Below, one piece after another: positions 59,210 to 64,000 of a stretch of 64,000 nt of DNA. The position numbers were made by a program, and so were the translations under genes. The DNA is taken from positions 1,792,001 through 1,856,000 of the forward strand of contig OZ220744.1 in the NCBI GenBank assembly GCA_965116925.1, in the 5' to 3' direction. The stretch is from Candidatus Poribacteria bacterium (GTDB taxonomy: Bacteria; Poribacteria; WGA-4E; PCPOR2b). Below the pieces are notes generated by a model. The model was not told the origin of the DNA and searched no databases. It saw only the letters and a list, made by a program, of their open reading frames with translations. Position 1 is the stretch's first letter. Every line of letters starts with the position of its first letter.

Positions 59210-59836
59210 TTAAGTCAAAAATTCCCTGATTTCGAGAGCCGCCTGACGGGGGTCTGGATGGTTGGTGATGAAACCACCCACAATGACGACCGCCGGACGA
59301 TATGCGAGAATATCTGGCAAGATCTCCGGATTGATCCCGCCCGCCACCGCCATCTCAGTCCGCTTCAGGGCAGATTGAACAAGCTGAATCTCTCGCAGGG
59401 GGTGCACACCGTGATCTTGGAGGTCGAAGGCGGTGTGGACACAGCAATAATCTGGGGCGATGGGGTCAATCTGATCGATACGCGCCCAAACATCACCGAC
59501 CGCTATCAGGTCTACCATTACCTTCTTATTGAGAGTACGGGCTTGGTTCACAGCGCGACGAATCGTAACGTCGTGTGCCACGCCAAGCACGGTTACAATA
59601 TCCGCACCCGCTTCAAACCCAATGCTTGCCTCAATATCACCGGCATCCATGATTTTGAGATCGGCGAGCACCTCAAGTTGAGGATAGGCATTTTTAACCT
59701 CCGTGACGACCTTTACCCCCTCTTTCATGAGTAGAGGAGTGCCGATTTCGACAATATCCACCAGATCACTAACTTTTTCAAGGATGCTTTTGGCTTCCCG
59801 ACTATTGCTTGAGTCCAAAGCGAGTTGCAATTTCAT
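59210..59836 (-). CDS. hxlA: 3-hexulose-6-phosphate synthase
   Basis: MKLQLALD, EIGTP, ADLKIMDAG and AVAGGI motifs. Adjacent to hxlB. Confidence 0.93.
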   Translation of the reverse strand: MKLQLALDSSNSREAKSILEKVSDLVDIVEIGTPLLMKEGVKVVTEVKNAYPQLEVLADLKIMDAGDIEASIGFEAGADIVTVLGVAHDVTIRRAVNQARTLNKKVMVDLIAVGDVWARIDQIDPIAPDYCCVHTAFDLQDHGVHPLREIQLVQSALKRTEMAVAGGINPEILPDILAYRPAVVIVGGFITNHPDPRQAALEIREFLT

Positions 59837-59931
59837 ATTATCGTGTCCATTTTTTTAGTCCGTCTACTACGCTTCGGCATTTTATCACGGATGGGGTTCA
59901 CTGTCAAAACAAGAAAGGTGCAAAAGAGCAT

Positions 59932-59962
59932 AAAAAAAGCGCCTCGGTTGCCCGAGACGCTT
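59932..59962 (-). terminator. Rho-independent terminator after the efflux operon
   Basis: Minus-strand hairpin aagcgtctcgggcaaccgaggcgc followed by a T-run. Confidence 0.75.
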
Positions 59963-59980
59963 CTGTTTTGAACTGGTGGA

Positions 59981-61903
59981 TTAAGAAGGTCTACCCGGTC
60001 CCCCTGGAGCTCCTTTCCGTTCAGGTAAAATTACCCGATCGCCTTCCACCAATCCACTCTTGATGATGACATCAGTTTCGTTCTGCTCACCCGTCTCAAT
60101 AGAAACGCGCTTTCCCTGCTGCCCTTTTGAGTTGCCGTTCCCTTTTTCAGAACCACCTTGTGCATCAAGCATGACGAACTTATCTTTCGTGATCTTAATA
60201 TTTGTCGAAACCCCATCCGCCTTCTGCTTGCCATTTACGAGGAGCGTGAAGGTGCGTTCACCGTCACGTAATCCTCGTTGTGAGCTGTCAAGACTGATTG
60301 TCAATCGGTCCCCGCTAATGCTAGTTATCTTTCCGTTGAAGCTCTTCCCTGTTAGAGTTTTTAGCTCAACCGCTTGGTCTGTTTTGAAAGCATCTGCAGC
60401 GGCACCAACCTGCGCTGTGGCAATTGCCGATGTTTCATCTTGGACCGCATCGATCGGCAGCATCAAGACATCTTTCTCCTCATAGGTAACAACATCGACA
60501 TCGGCACTCATACCAGGACGTAATTCAGACGGCGAGCCGACTACCTCGACCATTACCTCAAAAGTGATGATATTATCCCGCTCCTCTCCACTCGGAGAAA
60601 TTTCTGCGACGCGACCCTCATATATTTTGTTTTTATATGCGTCAACTTTGATGTTTGCCTGCTGATCCATCCTAAGTCGTTCCATGTCGACTTCGTTGAT
60701 GTAGGTTTTCACCACCATTTTTGACAAATCTGCTATCGTCATCAATGGGGGGCTTTGCGAGAATGCCGAACGACCAGAGGTTACAATCTCACCCTCTTCA
60801 ATTTCGAGTAGGGTCACAGTGCCAGCCATCGGAGCCTTGATAACTGTCCATTCTAACTGTTCCTCTTGGTTCTTCAGGCTACTCCGACGGCGCAGGAGAT
60901 TTGCTTCTGCGCTCACCGCCCCTTGCTTGGTGACGGTTTTTTCATTTTCAAGCGTTTCCAGAATCTCGGTAAGGCGGGTTCGACTGATTTGTAGCTGAAG
61001 TCTTTTCTCCTCCTCCTCCGCCTCTCTCATTTTACGGAGTTCCTGCAAATTCAGGTCTTGGTACGTCTTAGTTAGTTTACGGTTTGCGATTGCAGTCTCT
61101 CTTGTGGCGATAGTTTTCTTTTGAGAATTTACCGTTTGCTCCTGAGATTTCAATCGCTGTTCAGCTGTCTTGTATTGCGAGTCTGCACTAGCATATCTCG
61201 ATTCCGCCTCTTCCAATGATTTCTTGGAAACCAGTTTCTTCTCAAACAGTTCTTTGTTCCGATTCCACTCAGATTCGGCGTTAGCCCGATCTACTTTTAT
61301 AGACTCAAGTTCTGTCTCAAGTTCCGCAAACCTTATTTCTGCTCGGTTGAGCTCAATCGTCGCCTGATCCAGCGCAATGTTATCTTGAGCCAATTGGTTT
61401 AGCGTTGTTTGGATGTCCGTTTCTAACGAAGTAATCTGTGTTTGTGAAGAGGCTAACGTTGTCTTCAAATTTGATGCGGCGATTTTGACATTATCTTCCG
61501 CTTGCTGGCGGGCACTTTCAAGTTCTTCAGTTTTCAATATGATGTTGAGTTGTGACTGCATCAGTTGTGCTTTAGCAGCATCGACATCGGCTTCAGCCTG
61601 CTTCCTTTCTTCGAGGTACTGTTCCGGGTCAATCTTTAACAGTACCTGATCCTTCTCAACGTAATGCCCATCATCTACATACAGTTCAATAATTTCGCCC
61701 GCAACGTTTGCCTTGACCTCGACATCAATGAGTGCTTCGAGATTTCCTGTCGCGCTAATCAGCTTCTGAAAATCTCCACTCCTGACCACTTCAACCCGCT
61801 TCGCAGCTGCGTCCTCTTTTTTTCCGCGCCCTTGAATCCACCCACATGATGCGAGGGTTGCCGCTAAAATGAAAATTGCAACAGTTCCTACTATCTTTTT
61901 CAC
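59981..61903 (-). CDS. MacA/HlyD-like periplasmic adaptor with long coiled coil
   Basis: Lipoyl halves VKANVAGEI and IKAPMAGTV, then LRPGMSA. Lipobox LASC. Confidence 0.9.
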   Translation of the reverse strand: MKKIVGTVAIFILAATLASCGWIQGRGKKEDAAAKRVEVVRSGDFQKLISATGNLEALIDVEVKANVAGEIIELYVDDGHYVEKDQVLLKIDPEQYLEERKQAEADVDAAKAQLMQSQLNIILKTEELESARQQAEDNVKIAASNLKTTLASSQTQITSLETDIQTTLNQLAQDNIALDQATIELNRAEIRFAELETELESIKVDRANAESEWNRNKELFEKKLVSKKSLEEAESRYASADSQYKTAEQRLKSQEQTVNSQKKTIATRETAIANRKLTKTYQDLNLQELRKMREAEEEEKRLQLQISRTRLTEILETLENEKTVTKQGAVSAEANLLRRRSSLKNQEEQLEWTVIKAPMAGTVTLLEIEEGEIVTSGRSAFSQSPPLMTIADLSKMVVKTYINEVDMERLRMDQQANIKVDAYKNKIYEGRVAEISPSGEERDNIITFEVMVEVVGSPSELRPGMSADVDVVTYEEKDVLMLPIDAVQDETSAIATAQVGAAADAFKTDQAVELKTLTGKSFNGKITSISGDRLTISLDSSQRGLRDGERTFTLLVNGKQKADGVSTNIKITKDKFVMLDAQGGSEKGNGNSKGQQGKRVSIETGEQNETDVIIKSGLVEGDRVILPERKGAPGGPGRPS

Positions 61904-61949
61904 TGTTTGATTACTCCTTTGCTGAAAATAGTTACTTAGACCTAACGCT

Positions 61950-63665
61950 TTATGTAACTCTGACTACCAATGTCTTTGAAAGTTTATCACCCAACCGCTG
62001 CTTTTTCTCCCCTAAGATAAAGATACAATCAATCACGCTGAGTATCGGCAGCGACAAGTTACGAAGAATAGATTGCCACAAATTGCAAGGCAACCCACTC
62101 TTTGAATCAATAACTCTTATTTTCATAAGTCGTTTGCCAATACTTCGCCCGTTTAGTGCATCTTGAAGGAGTAGATACAGCAACGCAACAGAGACAGCGA
62201 CCCAGAGCACAATATTGGTGCCTTCTAATCCGATACGCATCCACACACCGAACGGGATAGCGACGATGGCAGCGTAGACCAAGCTGTCCAATAACTGTCC
62301 CCAAAATCTCACGGAAAGCGAGGCAAGCTTAAATTCTTGTCCATCAATCCTGAAGCTTTCATCTCCGGGCACCTCCCGCAAGGCCTCTATCGGCATTAAA
62401 ATTGCCGCTCTGTAAGCGGGATACAATCCGAAGATAACCCCAATGCCGACAGAGACACCCATGGCAATGACCATGGTAGAGTATGAAATGATCGAGGGCC
62501 AATTGCTGCCTTCCCACACAAATTTAGCGATCAATGCGGCACTACCCTTCCCCAGAAAAATACCGAGAATCGCCCCTAGGATACCGCCCGTTATACTCAA
62601 GACCAACGCCTCGATCAAAAATTGCATCAAAATGTCACGCCGTTTTGCCCCAAGTGCCTTACGCAAACCAATCTCCTTTGTGCGTTCTGTGACCGAAACC
62701 AGCATGATATTCATGATGCCGATGCCTGCCACAAAGAGGGCAATCAGCGCAATCCCACCCATTAAGGCTTTCATCGTATTCCCGATCTTTTCAGCGGTTG
62801 CCAGTTCCTCCTGTGCTGTCCAGTATTGATATTCCTCTCCAGAATTGTTGTGCATCCGTCCCAAGATGTGCTTCGCATCTTCTTTTGCGTTTTCAACCTC
62901 ATCAAGACTGGTTGCCTCCACACGAATGCGCTCGACCTCCTTCCGTCCAGTAAAGCGCTGCTGAAAGGTTGTAAGGGGGATGATAAAACGCTCATCCCAA
63001 CCTTCGGTATCCATCGCGTCGCCTTTTTCTTCCATCACACCAATCACCGTCAAGCGCACGTCGTATCGGGGACCCCAACTCGTTGTCCGGGTCGCCTTCA
63101 TCTCCTTGCCGATTGGATCCTCACCTTTGAAAACTTCATCATAGATTTTATAGCCGATAACGGTGACCGTGCTCGCTCTTTCAACCTCTTCCTCAGTGAA
63201 GAAGCGTCCCATGATGGGATACCAGTTGTGTGATCGATCATAACCTGCGGTCCCCGCAACCACTCTAGAGTTCCTACTAGCTCCCTCATGGTATACATTC
63301 CAGCCGGGCATGTCATCTTCACCGACTACATGAACAACACCTCTCCCTTTTTCCATAATTTCATATATATCTTGGGTTTCTAGATGTTCTGCGCGGTTTC
63401 TACGCCAACGCCTCAGGGTTCGTCCCGCCCTTCTGCTGAATGTCCCTGATTGCCGATCCCAATCATCTCGAGTAATCTCAATCATGGTCAATCCGCCGGT
63501 ACGCTCAATTTCGCCTAAGACCAGTGCGCGTGAGCCATCACCAACTGAAACCATGCTCACCACCGCACCGACACCGATGGCGATACCCAAGATAGTCAAT
63601 CCAGAACGAAGTGGATGACGCCGTAAGCTAGCAAGTCCAATCATAATACATTCGATGAGATTCAT
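61950..63665 (-). CDS. MacB/FtsX-type ABC permease fused to a C-terminal RDD domain
   Basis: RSGLTILGIAIG and GIMNIMLVSVTERTKEIG, then LASLSVRFWGQLLD...SIGKRLMKIRV...QRLGDKL. Confidence 0.9.
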   Translation of the reverse strand: MNLIECIMIGLASLRRHPLRSGLTILGIAIGVGAVVSMVSVGDGSRALVLGEIERTGGLTMIEITRDDWDRQSGTFSRRAGRTLRRWRRNRAEHLETQDIYEIMEKGRGVVHVVGEDDMPGWNVYHEGASRNSRVVAGTAGYDRSHNWYPIMGRFFTEEEVERASTVTVIGYKIYDEVFKGEDPIGKEMKATRTTSWGPRYDVRLTVIGVMEEKGDAMDTEGWDERFIIPLTTFQQRFTGRKEVERIRVEATSLDEVENAKEDAKHILGRMHNNSGEEYQYWTAQEELATAEKIGNTMKALMGGIALIALFVAGIGIMNIMLVSVTERTKEIGLRKALGAKRRDILMQFLIEALVLSITGGILGAILGIFLGKGSAALIAKFVWEGSNWPSIISYSTMVIAMGVSVGIGVIFGLYPAYRAAILMPIEALREVPGDESFRIDGQEFKLASLSVRFWGQLLDSLVYAAIVAIPFGVWMRIGLEGTNIVLWVAVSVALLYLLLQDALNGRSIGKRLMKIRVIDSKSGLPCNLWQSILRNLSLPILSVIDCIFILGEKKQRLGDKLSKTLVVRVT

Positions 63666-63728
63666 GCGATTTCTCCTTTGGTTCGTACCCCCGGTTGTCC
63701 GCCGGTTCCTTACAATTTACGAATGTTT

Positions 63729-64000
63729 CTATTCTGTCCTCAGTGCTTCAATGGGCGAAAGTTGTGCGGCTTTTACCGCAGGATAGACGCCGAAGATAAT
63801 ACCGATAAATGCCGAGAAGGCAACAGAGATAATTATCCATTGCGTGGAAATGGTAGCGGGCCACTCCGGGACAACCTTAACAATCTTTACCGCAATATTC
63901 GCCATACCGTAACCTGCACCAATCCCCAATCCAATCCCAAGCAATCCGCCAACGCTACACATCACCACCGCTTCGACGAGAAACTGAAAGAGGATGTCCC
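63729..64000 (-). CDS. MacB/FtsX-type ABC permease, C-terminal part
   Basis: DILFQFLVEA...FGVYPA...PIEALRTE. Continues beyond the window. Confidence 0.88.
   Translation of the reverse strand, partial: DILFQFLVEAVVMCSVGGLLGIGLGIGAGYGMANIAVKIVKVVPEWPATISTQWIIISVAFSAFIGIIFGVYPAVKAAQLSPIEALRTE

Noticed and set aside
280..63322. Many short overlapping or antisense ORFs in the track (e.g. 280-858, 18849-19445, 29656-30213, 58296-59003)
   Set aside because: They are shadows of well-supported genes on other frames and carry no domain motifs.

Overview
This is a 64 kb bacterial chromosomal window. Repeated PhyH-type dioxygenases, Gfo/Idh/MocA oxidoreductases, DUF1080, Uma2, WD40/Sel1/TPR proteins and GTAG palindromes suggest Ca. 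Poribacteria or a relative (inference from gene content only). Housekeeping blocks are glmM-yvcK-glmS, thiO-thiS-thiG, rpsA, metK-ahcY-pfkB, sat, modABC, hxlAB and a MacAB-like exporter. Mobile DNA comprises an intact ISAs1 with a 10-bp target duplication, an IS701/IS4-like element, a truncated IS3 and many small palindromic elements. Five features stand out. (1) The thiamine operon hosts a YhdJ-type R-M pair and runs into Sel1, TIGR02391 and HNH-WD40 genes, a candidate defence cassette. (2) An EctR/CosR-like regulator precedes an unassigned SAM methyltransferase, an Opu-type transporter and an AsnB-type amidotransferase, a candidate new compatible-solute system. (3) MITE-like shells carry different REP hairpins and are nested inside one another. 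(4) Two paralogous Rieske proteins with large uncharacterised domains lie in tandem. (5) One PhyH enzyme has HxG instead of HxD, a halogenase-like signature. No rRNA, tRNA or CRISPR array was recognised. All family assignments come from motif recognition, not database searches.
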